Program-made: the position numbers and the translations under genes
In this document: positions 44,843 to 56,746 of the stretch, one piece after another
Position numbering within the stretch: the stretch's first letter is position 1
How the letters are laid out: each line of letters starts with the position of its first letter
DNA from: Minutocellus sp. GHC0000111
Taxonomy: Eukaryota
Length of the DNA: 64,000 nucleotides
Assembly (NCBI GenBank): GCA_977018835.1
Contig: OZ361258.1
Location: forward strand, 2,046,001-2,110,000
Direction of reading: 5' to 3'
Notes under the pieces: generated by a model
Told to the model about the DNA's origin: nothing
Seen by the model: only the letters and a program-made list of their open reading frames with translations
The model's database searches: none

Positions 44843-46450
44843 TTATAATATATATTGGTAAGCAGTAACATAAACTTCCATTTTAGAATCTACAAGTACG
44901 TCAACGTTCGTCGATTTGTCATCTGAGGGGATAGCGTCAATAAGTTTGAGGCAACTCACCGATGATTTATTTTCGTCTTTCTTATTCGTAGTGATGTTCG
45001 GTGCCACTCCAGAAACCTCGGAATTGCTTGTAGTGTCCATGTTCCCTACTCGAATGACGGGCTGAGAATCCATTCCGGCCCTCAGTGCATCGGCCAGTCT
45101 TCAAATCAAATGAGACTTGGCTTCCTGCTCTAGCTAGGCCCTTTCTCTATTGAAGCACGTAGAAAGTGGAGTCTCAGTCGCTTGTGAAGAGATAGTCCTC
45201 GAGCTACAGCACCGGCCAGTACACATACGTAGTCATTCACTACCCGCCAGTAAAATATTGCTTCATATGCAGTCTAGTTAAGTTATCGCTCCAGCGCATC
45301 AATTTCTTAGACATCGTATTATTGTCCAAATCGGAGAAGCTCGACCGCCAGATTGAGTTTCTTGGACGGTAGTCGAGATATCGATAACGGCTCGCCGTAG
45401 ATGTTTCCAGACTTGAAGAGAACAAATAAATGTAGGGACAGTCTCAACGTCGAGATATCTTGAAAGGAGCTTGCCTTGAGTAACTGTGGTATCCGCTTCT
45501 ACAAACGTAATCTCTTCTCTGCCGTCATCTGCGTTTTCATCGTCGGCTTCTCTTGCGATTTTGGTATGCTTGGGCTTGCGCGATCGGCAAGTGCGACACC
45601 ACGAGGCACTGCAAAAGACGACAGCGTGTTTTCGTGGACCGACAATCTGTCGATTCAGATATTCAGATCCTCTACACCATTGAAATCCGTCACATACGGA
45701 TTATCAGCGGCATCACGCGACAGTTGGCTAGGTGCGACCCGACGAAGTGTCGGCGCGGATTCCTCATCTCCACTACCATTCCCTTCTTCGGCCAATGCAT
45801 TGGACTCGTCTTCCAATGGCGACATGGCATATACCACATCAAAATCCTCCGTGTCCAGAACGGGTAGTCCGTATCTGGTATTGCCCTCCTCATCGGCATC
45901 ACGTGGCCATGAGGTGAATTCCCAAAAGTCTTTCATACTCCATTCCCTTAAAAACACGTCCTTGTTTGTCATCTTTTGATCACGAGGCCGATGGACAACT
46001 CCGGCATAAAGTAATTTCTAGACCGTTTGCGTCCCAAATCCCTTGGGCGGCACCAAATTGATATTGGCGCTATTTGTACTTCTACTCAAGAGGGAATTCG
46101 TCGCAGCGTCCACCACATACTACTGCGCCACATCCCGACCAAACAATATGCCCTTGTCACGGATGATCTGCTATGACTTGCTGTACGTAGAAACATACCG
46201 TTCGCAGTTGTGCTGCCGACTGAGCTCCGTGATGACCGACGGTGGCTCCTCGGCCAGTGTATCGACGAGGCAAGGAAAACCGGCAATAGTCGGGAGGGGC
46301 GACGGATGCGCGAATCGGCCAGACGCTGGCATCGGGGAGATCACATCGATATCTCCGAGTTGGTCCAAGGTCAAGGACCAACCCGTTCTGGAGATACCAT
46401 GTTTATCCCGTCTACGCAGCGGATGCCGTCGGCACCACCGTCACCGCCAT
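44843..46450 (-). pseudogene. Thioredoxin-like pseudogene B, duplicate
   Basis: Copy of 27775-29382 at +17068. Confidence 0.65.
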
Positions 46451-46681
46451 CTTGAAGACAAAAGATGAGCCACGTTGCAATTGCGGGGTTTAGTGCTTCG
46501 CAAAAATATTTTTATCGGTTTTGTCCAGATATCGTTGCGAGCACATCATGTGCTGGATACGGCCATTGTTGCTTGGCCGGTCCGTTTGCTTGTTCGAGGT
46601 GCCACAACCTACCGTCCCACTGACCGATTGATTTATATTATCTACCTACGTAGTTACCCAATCGCTCGTTGTATTGGCATC

Positions 46682-47827
46682 ATGGGCCGCAAGGAAAAGA
46701 AGAAGAGGGCTCGTGCCGCCCGACCGGCATCCCACGCCCAGAACACTTCCGCCGGCACCACCATCATCCGCTCGCTCAAGGGAGTGCTTTCTACCAACGA
46801 CGACCCGTTCCATTGCCATGGCTGCAGAGGGCAATTTGACCTCGGCCTCATGATGGGTTCTCGTGGTTGGTCCCGCACAAGCATCTGCTGTGGCAGGATG
46901 TTTTGCTGGGACTGCGCCGAAGCAGGCAAGTGCCCATCCGCCATTGGAGTCGCCTGCTCTTCGTGCGGGGTGTCCACAACCCGCAAAATATCCAAGTCAC
47001 GGGCCAAGGAGGGCCACCCCTGGGCGCAGTTTGCTCTTGCTTGGCAGCTTCAGCAGGAGTCCCCTGTAGAGGCACGCAAGTGGTACCGCAAGGCGGCCGA
47101 GGAGGGGGGACACCCCTTTGCTTTCGTGAGGTTGGCCGAACTCCACCGCTTCGGCCAGCACTTCAATCCGGCAAAGGTAAAGGAACTGCTAGAGGAGGCC
47201 ATGGAGATTTTGTTGTCTTCGGACTACATGTTTGACATTGATGTCCCAGGTTGCATCGCTGCCGTGGCTGGCATTGACTTTAACCTCAAGGGGGACGGAA
47301 TGAAGTTTATGCAGGACGCGCTGCTGGTCCCCTTGGCCAACAAGGGACTGCGCGGGGCCCATTATCAGCTTTCGATGCTGACATATTTTTCCAAGGGCGA
47401 TCTTTCCTTTGCCCTCGAGCTGGCCCGAAAGGCTGCTGTGCAAGCTGGTGCGCCTCGCTTTTCACCCGGTGCCCCAGCTCGCCTTGCGGCAGTTTGTTGT
47501 CAGAAGTTGGGTCGGACCGTGGAGGGCTTGTTTTGGGCCAAGCAGGCCGCCCTTGCCGATGGGACCGATGGGCACCGCAGCAACAAGGAGCGTGCGGAGA
47601 GGGCCCATTCCGAGCTTTGCGAAATGAGGAAGAGCTGCAGCACTTGTGGCATCTCCCTCAACTCGTCCAACCGCAAGCTCTGCAAGGGGTGCAAGACCTG
47701 CTGCTACTGCAGCCGCGACTGCCAGAAGATGCACTGGAATCGGCCGGACGATGGCCACCGCGATCAGTGCAAGACCATCATGAAGATGGCGGAGGAAATG
47801 GAGAAGAACACCGGTAAGACGGAATAA
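46682..47827 (+). CDS. RING-like/SEL1/MYND protein paralog B, duplicate
   Basis: Identical translation to 29614-30759. Confidence 0.85.
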   Translation: MGRKEKKKRARAARPASHAQNTSAGTTIIRSLKGVLSTNDDPFHCHGCRGQFDLGLMMGSRGWSRTSICCGRMFCWDCAEAGKCPSAIGVACSSCGVSTTRKISKSRAKEGHPWAQFALAWQLQQESPVEARKWYRKAAEEGGHPFAFVRLAELHRFGQHFNPAKVKELLEEAMEILLSSDYMFDIDVPGCIAAVAGIDFNLKGDGMKFMQDALLVPLANKGLRGAHYQLSMLTYFSKGDLSFALELARKAAVQAGAPRFSPGAPARLAAVCCQKLGRTVEGLFWAKQAALADGTDGHRSNKERAERAHSELCEMRKSCSTCGISLNSSNRKLCKGCKTCCYCSRDCQKMHWNRPDDGHRDQCKTIMKMAEEMEKNTGKTE

Positions 47828-48895
47828 GAAAGTATGCCGCCCTTGGCTGTGAGGTGGATGGGCTGGCTTGGGTGGATTGCCGTGAGTGCGGTGTGGGGAT
47901 GGATTGATTTTTTTGCGTGGGATGGTCCAAAGAGAGAGATTGACTGCCGTTGTGCATGCCTACTCTAGATCTACTAACATCAATAGAAACCTCCATACTA
48001 TACAACGCATACGTATTATACTTTAGTAGATCTACATGCAACATGTGTCGACATCTAGATCTGTCGCTACCGGCACCGGTAGATCTACATGCACCAGTGC
48101 CTCTCTCTCCCGGATGGGCATAAAGTACAAAAAATCTGTTTCTGCGTTTCGTGAAGCCGAAGGCCAACGACACAATTTTCGGCGGAGGGGCCGAACTGAC
48201 AGTTCCAGTTGGGCGTATCGTCCCATATTTCCAGCCGAGCGTGGGGCACAACTGCTTTTCGCACGGCCACCTCTGGATTTAGCGAGGTTTCCTCCTCGTA
48301 TCGGCCGTTTGGTCAGTTGCCTGTTTGTCGCACCGTCGGTCACAGCGGCAGGCAGATCGGCACATTGGGCAGACCCGGCAAGAATCAAATCGCATTTTGG
48401 TCGTTGCAACTTGCTTGTGACTAACTGACATTGCCTTGGGGATATCATCGTCGGCGCCTGTTCACATCGTTGATACTGTGCAACGGCCGCTGATCAGCAC
48501 CGTCACCTGCGTCATCGTCGGTATCACCGTCGTCGTCTCGGCGTGCCGGTATCTTGCCATCCCTCCCTCTCGCTGCCTGCCTGCCTGCCTGTGCGATAAA
48601 AAAATTGTCGAGCGGCGTGTTGTTTTGGTGTTGTTGGAATTGACCAGCCAGTCGTTGGCTCCACCCTTGGCTCGGCATACTGAACGGCTCTGTCCTGCTG
48701 CCACGTGCCTCGCCTGATTGCTCGAGTTGGACCTCTTTGCTCGTTGTTGGGCGGTGCGGTATCTTTTTGCGACCCGGCAGCGCAGCACATACAATACGTG
48801 CCAATTGAATTGAATTGAATTGAATTGCATTGCATTGTAGCCCACCGGCAGTTGGGCGCAGAGATTGACTCAGCTGGGTCGGTCGGTCGTCGTCA

Positions 48896-51800
48896 ATGTC
48901 CCGCCGATCGCCCAACAAGCGGAGGATGCCCGGCGGCGGTGGTGTGCCATCGTCATCGCCATCATCATCGCCTGCACGTGACGGTCATGGTCGGCAGCAG
49001 CAGCAGCAGCAGCAAAGGCACAGACAATATCAGCAGCCGTCCGGTCTGCATCCATCGTCATCATTATCATCGGCCCAGCGTGGAGGAGGAGGAGGAGGAC
49101 GGAGGGGACGGCCGAAAGAGGATGCGGTCGGCAATGACCACAACAGTGGTAACCATGACCATGACGACAAGGAGAATGCCAACGCCAGCGCCACCCATTA
49201 CGGATATCGATACCGCGTCCGGACCGGCGCCATGGTCGACGACGTGGACGAGGGGGACGACATTGACTCCAACTGCGACCAGGACGACGAGGAGTATGCC
49301 ACCCACCAAAGCTACATCTCGTCGTACCTGCAGCCACAGCCTCAGCCGCGGGCCTACCACCGCCCGCCTCATCGGAATCCCAGCTACGTCCCGCCACCGT
49401 CGGCGGGCCCGTCGCCACCCCTCACCTCCCGATCCGCCCAGTCGGCCCGGTCCATGGCCACCTTCTCCTCGGCCGAGGCGTCGTCTGTCGTGTCGTCATC
49501 CACCAGCAGATTCGAGTACGGGGACGACTACGAGTATTCGGAATCGTCGTCGAGGTTGGACGATGGTGACGATGCCTATGACGATGCCAGCGTGGCGGCG
49601 TACAGCAACAGCCTTCTCGGAGAGGATTTGGACTTGGAGGGCGGCGATATCGGTGGTGGTGATATTGGTGGTGATAGTCGACGCTACCTCTATGGTCGGG
49701 CGGCAACAGCAACAACAACAGCTTCTTATGGAAAGCATCGACAGGACAATGTGGACAATGACAATGGCGATGCCAGTGATGACCAAGAGAATGAAGAGAT
49801 GCAACCCCTGACCCCGTCGACAGAACCAACCAAACGGGGACGAAAGAGAGACATATTCCGCCCGAGCCGGTGGAAGAGTAGCGTCGGTGGTGGCAATGCT
49901 GATGGAAATGCTGATGGGGGTGGCGATATTGGTCAACGCCAATCTCCACCGAGGTCGGCCGGCTTTGCCCGGGCGGCATCGGCGGCGATCAAGCCCGGCA
50001 GTCCCTCGGCGTCGGCCAGGAGGGCGCGTGGGATACCCATCCAGAGACACGGGCAGCAGCAACAAGACCAGCAACATCAACATATGCCGTCCAAACTTGG
50101 TCGGGACGATCCACGGACGCCACTGTCGTCCTCTCGAGATCCACGGCGGCGTACGCTCATGGGCCGGATGCCCTTTGCTCCCTCGGCGTCGTACCTGCCC
50201 ACGGCCACCCCGGCATCGGCACGGAAGGCCATGCTGGGCATCACCCCCAGCGGAAACACGAAGAGAAGTGGGGCCCAGAGGGGATCCTCGACAACAACGG
50301 CAGCCACCAGAACCAATGCGGTGGGGTTGGAAATCAGCCGGCAGGGATTGGCAGTCCGTGCCACCAGCACCACGTCGGCACCGCCGCAGCCGGGTGCTGG
50401 TATGACCCCCGCCAAATCGGCAACGAAGAAGACCCCGGCCAAGGATCGGGCCATCACCCCGGCCTACGCCTACAAGAATTCCGACACGGGCCTGCTCGAG
50501 ATACGGCCATTGGCACCTCCCACTCCAAGTCACATCGCTCTGACGACGACTCATGCCACGCCCGGGAAGGGTGGCGGTGCCATGGATGCTCATGGTAGGA
50601 TGTGCGATGCCCATGGGGACATTGAGACTGGTCTGGCCCGTACCGGTAGAAATGGACGAGGCGGCAGTGGAGTGGCCGATGGCAGTGAGGTGGTGGAGGA
50701 GCAGAATCTTGCCCCGGCGCTGTATCCCATTGCACTGAACGGTGGTGGGGTTGGTTTGTACCGCGATCCTCGAGAATTTGCCTCCAACAAGGCCAATGCG
50801 CACAGTCGCAACCTCCGTCTTATGGGTGGCCGCCGAGCTCCCATCCGCAGTCACATTGCATTCCGGTGGAGGCGTGGCGAGTGGGGTTATGGAGTCAGCG
50901 ACCATGCTAGTAAGCGGAACGGAAGCGATGACGGAGAGGATGAAGATGGATTCCTCGATGAGGCTGTGATGATGCCCAAGAATGGTATCGTGGACGTGTC
51001 GGAAGTGGAGAATGGTGGCTTTGTTGACGTGGAGCTTGGTGAGGCTGTGGCTGATGCGGCATTGTCGGCGGCTCGGTCGACGCTTCGTTCCGGCAGTCGG
51101 CGTCCTCGTCGTCCCCTTTCGACTCGATCGTCCACGTCGTCCAATCTGTCTGGCCAATCATCTCGGTCATCTGCCCCATCTCCGTGGCGTCTCTGGGAGT
51201 CCGTCCACAACGAGATGGTCCGCTTGAGGGAGCAGAATTCATTCCGCATCCGAAGAGCAGCCGAAGAAGATGGAGGCAGTGCCGTCGTCGATATGGTCCG
51301 CCACAGGGCAGAATGCGACAAGCTTGGTCGGATATCTGGCATCTACAATGACGACGACTTCGACTTTGCTCTGGTTCTCAGTCCTCGGGACGTTTATGCA
51401 TACTGGGCGGACCATTTGGACTTTCGGCAGGAAATCTTCGGTGAAGATGGTGCTCTCTTGTTTGGCGATGAATATGATTTGACCGGGGATGGAGGCGTAT
51501 CTGCAGGACAGCGACCGTCGGCTGAAGGAATCATTCCTCCCACTCGGAAGAATCTTGGCGACGATCTCGGCAAGGAGAACACACCGACCAACCGCCGCTC
51601 AATGCTCGGTGGGAACTCCCTCTACCAGAATGACGAGGAGAGTAGTTTGCATTGCGACGATGATTACATTGATAACGCGTCGACGGACGAGGAGATGGAT
51701 TCCCTTCTGAGCAGCCAGTACGGAACACCTGGCAGAGGCACCAAGAAGAGAAGGCGTCGGAGGACGAACACTGAAGCATCGAGCATTGACGGCCTCTCCA

Positions 51801-54800
51801 CTCCACCTCGATCGGCTGGCCCATCCGTCGCGCCCCGTACTGCTCCACCCGCCGGGAGGAGAGAAAACCTCCTTGCTTCGCCGGATTCGCTACTGATGGA
51901 CGACTCTGGCAGGAAGATTCTACGTCCTGGCCGCAAGAGTATCTTCGAACAAGCCGTCGATGCCCTGACACCTCCTCGATCTGGACGCAAATCGAGCCTC
52001 TTTGGTCGTCGATCGCTCAGTCCCAAGCGACCACGTAGTTCGCGGCGTCCGCCCATCAAGCACACGCCAAGTATGCGACGGGCGCCGCTTCATGATCTCA
52101 ATGACATCACCACACCCATGTCCAACGTATCTGACCTCATCCCCGGGATGTCTGGGGGTCCAGCCAGCGCAAGCCGCAGACGATGGGGTATGGCGCATGG
52201 TGAGGACCGCATGTCGAGCCGACGCAATCTAATGACGCCGCCAGTCAAGTCGTTGGAGAAGAAGAACTCTATGCGTTCTCTCCGCAGGCAGAGAGCCAAC
52301 ACGGCCGATAGCAGTGGCGAGAGAGGATTGGTCAGATCCGAGGAGAAGCGTCGACAGAGGTCCAACGCCATTGAGTATGATGACTTCTCGGACGAAGAAA
52401 GCGAGGAGGAGGGAAGAGCAGTAGCAACAGCGGCGAGAGAAGAAGAGGATCGAGCAGATTATAATACTGGCAAGGCCAGCAAGAGGCGAAGACGTCGTCG
52501 TAAGAATGATCTTGATGCCGATGAGATCCCCTCGCAGACAGTTCCTCGTGGTAATGCGGCAAGAACAGCTGGCATGGACGAATTCTTGCTAGCATTGAAG
52601 CGAGGTATTGTCGTCAGAATTCATTGGCCTCATGCCGAGAGTGCCTTCATCAAGCTCTTTTCGGTAGACGGTGGCGATACGATCCAGTTCTGTCATATTG
52701 CGTCCGACGAAGCAATGATCGCCTTCAAGGAGCAGGCCGTCCGTTTCAACCGTGGCTTTGCTAGTACCGAGCCCTTGGCTGCCAACGCATCTCAGCGTTG
52801 GTCTCATGAGATTGCCAACAAGAACCTTGACGAGCAAGACACCATTCAGAACTTCAATCTTCCCGACTTTATTGCCGCCGAGCGGTACCGTGAGGCCTGG
52901 TCAAGGACCCAGGGCAATGTAAAGAAGAAGGTCGTCGATATGGCTACTCGAGCTGTGCATCGTGGTGAAATCAAGACGGCCGACGTTGTATCAGTCCACC
53001 CGGCAATTCATCCGGACCCGTTCTCTGGGGCTCCGGTGAATGAGGAGCTGCCGGAGCATGGCACCACCACGCTCCGTGCGTCCCCATCTGAATTTGTGGA
53101 GAAGCTGTCCTTTTCATTGATCCTTCCAGGAACGTTTGACCGTCTCAAGGGCAACCATTCGTCGAAAGCTCTCAGCGAAAGGTGGCATTCCGGCGCAGGA
53201 TCCTACCAAGCATTCCGATATCTCGACATTGAAACTGCGACGGAAGGAGAGTACTGGATGATCTTTCGAGGATTTTTGCTGCTACATCGAGATGCCGCAT
53301 CTGGCAGATTTGCTGCCCAGAGAGCTCAGGGCATTGGTTCCAACTACACGCGGTATGAAATCGAGGAAATGGAGCAGCAACGCAATCGTCTCAATGTTGA
53401 TAATGGTGGTACTCTGATGGGAGGGAATACAGCTGCCGGTGATGGTTCCGGTATGAATGGCTTCCTCGACGAGTACGTGGAACCTTCCAACAACAACTTC
53501 TTTGACCGTCTATCCAAGACGCTGCATTTTGGTCCGTCCCAAACGCTGCAGTATCAACCGGTCAATGCTCCGCCGCCTCCGTCGGATTACTTCCTTGGCT
53601 TCAAGTCCCCGGGCACACAGATTTGGAGCCGTCTTCGTCAGTCTGGTCTTGAGACTCAGCGCATCTACGCCCTTGATACGAGGAGAGTCATGATCAAGGT
53701 TCGTTGTCCCGCAGAAAGGCTCATGGACGTCGCAGAGGTTTTAAGGCTCAAGCTGCGCACAACGGAGGGAACATACGAGGCCTTCCGAGAGTCTCAGCTT
53801 GAGCACTACTTGCCCAGCGACGAGGGCACCGACACTCGACGCCTCTCCAATGAGTCAACTCTCTTTCGCAGTTCCGAGCGGCAGGCCATCATTGACTTCA
53901 TCATCCGATCTCGCATTCGTGACTCTGGTGCCGAGCTTGGTCCAAGGACAGATCTGGGCAAGGCCATTGCAAGTCGTGTCCCGCTTCACATGCATGCTCG
54001 TTTGGAGCCGCTGTACGAATCCTGGGTACTGTTCTGGAAAGAGGAGAATTGGGATGGGAGGGACGGAAAGAGCATGAGAGTTGGATCGGAACGAGATGAT
54101 ATGAGGTCCAGATCTCTTGAGAATGCAACCGACGACGGCGATGATTCGAGCCAGGGAGAAGAGGAGGGCCGGCGGTTACCGACTCAGTATATCCCGACGC
54201 TGTTCACACGGCTATTTACTGGTTGCTGGTACCAGCCGCTTGACTCGATCGAGGAGTACTATGGCGAAAAGATTGCCTTCTACTTTGCTTGGTTGCAGCA
54301 CGTGTCGTTCCATCTCATTTTCCTCTCTGTCTGTGGATGGATCGTCTTCATTTGTCAAATTGCCTCGGGTAATTGGGATCATCCAATTCGACCCTTCTTC
54401 TCTGCCGCCATTATGCTCTGGTCGTTCGTTGTCATGGTCACCTGGCGAAGAAGGTCGAATTTTCTGGCTCATCGGTGGGGCACGCTCAACTACGAAGAGG
54501 AGGAAACGACCCGACCTCAATTCAGCGGCGTGTACAAATTCGACGAGATCACCCAGGAGTGGACTGTATACTACCCGTCGTGGAAGCGTTGGCTCAAGTA
54601 TTGCATTAGCTTCCCGCTCAGTGTGATGTTTACCTTGATCACCCTGCTGGGCATCCTCATGCTGTACGCCAATCGAGACATTGCGCTGGCCCGATACTTT
54701 GACGACAGAAACGGTTCGGGCGAGTCGACGTTTGACCTCGAGCTCAACATTTTGGCCATTGGTCGTCGCAGCTCCATCGATGAGGTTAAGCTGTCCTCGG

Positions 54801-56590
54801 AGCTTCTCAAGGACTCGCACTTTTGGGCCATTATCGGAGGATTTCCCTTGGTGCTTGGTTTGACGCTCCCTCTGCTCAACTTTGTCCTCATGAGAATCTC
54901 CATCATTTTGAACGAGTTTGAGAATTACAGAACCGAAACGCAGTATCGCAATCACCTCATCGTCAAGGTCTTTAGCTTCCGATTCGTCTGCTACTTCGCG
55001 GCCCTGTACTACTATGCCTTCATCGCCACCGGTACAGATGAGAATGCCACCGAGAATGGAATTCTGAGAGTCGCCACGTCGTTGTTCATTTATGTGACCG
55101 TTGCCCATTGGTGGACGATTTTTCTTCAGGTGTATGCACCAATGATTCTATATCGTTGGCGAATGTATCGAGAACGTCTGTCCTTGCGCGATGCCATGAA
55201 GGATGTTGAGGCCATGGAGGAGGACTTTACCGAGTCTGGTCGGACGATATCAGCGGCGGAGCGAAAGCATCGGCAGAAGCGGCTCATCAACAGTCGCCTT
55301 CTCCTTGAGCAGGCTCAGAGCAACATTTGGGAGGAGATGATGCTTCCGAATCATGATAGTTTCCCCGAGTATATCGTTGCCGTGGTGCAGTTTGCCTATG
55401 TGACCTGTTTCAGTACAGCTCTGCCTATTACGCCATTCATCGTTCTCATCAATCATTTGCTGGCCATGCGACTGGATGCCTACAAGCTTTGCCGGGGTAG
55501 ACGAAGGCCGTTGGCTCAAAAGACCGGTGGCATCGGCGTTTGGGAGCACGCACTTCACATCGTTACAGTAATTGCCGTCTTTACGAATTGCACCCTCATG
55601 GCCTTGACCAGCTCCCTCTTCAAGTGGCTTGGAACCAAGATCGGACACATCGGTCTTTTGGTGGTCGCCGTCGGGGTAAGTTGGGGAGCTCTCCTTGTTC
55701 AGTATCAACATTGGCTGCCATTTCATCTGATCTTTTTTGGCTAACCTGCAATTGCCTTCTTTCGAATCTTTTCATAATTTCATGTGACAATTCACAAATC
55801 GCAGTGGGAACACTTGCTTCTTCTAATCAAGTATGTCATGACCCAAACGATCTCACCATATCCTCAAGAGGTAATGGATGAGCAGCGGCGAGAGAAATAC
55901 CAAGCATCCCGCCAGCGGAATCAGAATTTACGAGCCAAGAAGGATCGAAGGAGCGGCAGCTTGCAGAACAACGGAGATAGAATCCAAGTGCGTGATCGTT
56001 TGCGGCCTACTCCATCCAAGTCCGCAAGTAAGCGGAATCTTGGTAGCCTTGCATCGGTGCCAGAGGCGTCGCCTTTGTTGGAGAGCAGCAATACTCTCAG
56101 CGGTGGCGACTCAACAAGTGAGAGTAGCCCCTTGCTCGAAAGATCAGGAGAAGACAATTCATTTCCCATCGATCGACCGGGATCGCTCCGACGTCGTCAT
56201 GTTGGTAGCAGCGCCGGTAAGGCGAAGAGAAGCCCTAATCGAAAGTCGCCTCATAGATCTGGCCGTGGTGGCGGGGGAGGTGGTAGTGTTTGTTCCATGT
56301 ACATTCAGCACGATCAAATCAGTCCCTCTGCTCCTCCGATATCCCCCGAGACGGACATGCTATCTATTTCGGACATTGTTGATGACGACGTCACGATGGC
56401 ATCTCTCCAAGCATCTAGCAACGCCAATACAAGCAGCTGGCTCGGATATGATACTAGGGAGAGGAAACGGTTGGAGGCCAACCTCGAGGCGGAGGCTCGA
56501 ATAACTGAGCGATTGTCCAACGTCCATAAGCAACCAAAGTCAGTATCCCAAAGTGTTAGGAGGCGTCGAAGAAGAAATAATCAACGGTAG
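48896..56590 (+). CDS. Anoctamin/TMEM16 family protein with very long N-terminus including a PH-like domain, about 2521 aa, intron 55676-55804
   Basis: QPLDSIEEYYGEKIAFYFAWL, FENYRTETQY...KVFSFRF, VQFAYVTCFS, RLDAYKLCRGRRRP...GIGVW. GGG|GTAAGT...GCAG|TGG restores VAVG-WEHLLLLIKY. Confidence 0.92.
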
Positions 56591-56746
56591 GACTGACAAA
56601 TCTCTAGAGCCTGTACCGACCAGTAGACCAAAACATTGAAAATACAAATAAGTAGAAAGGAATCGAAAATAATTCGTTGATAAAGCAGTGGCTGAATGTT
56701 ATATACGAGTTCGTATATACATGTCATCATAGTTTGCCAGATAAAT

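Larger units (their letters stand above)
37118..54185. repeat. Copy 2 of 17.07 kb tandem duplication
   Basis: The junction CCGACTC-AG-CATCGTCG at 37111-37127 combines the anoctamin sequence ending 54187 with the channel sequence starting 20044. Confidence 0.97.
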
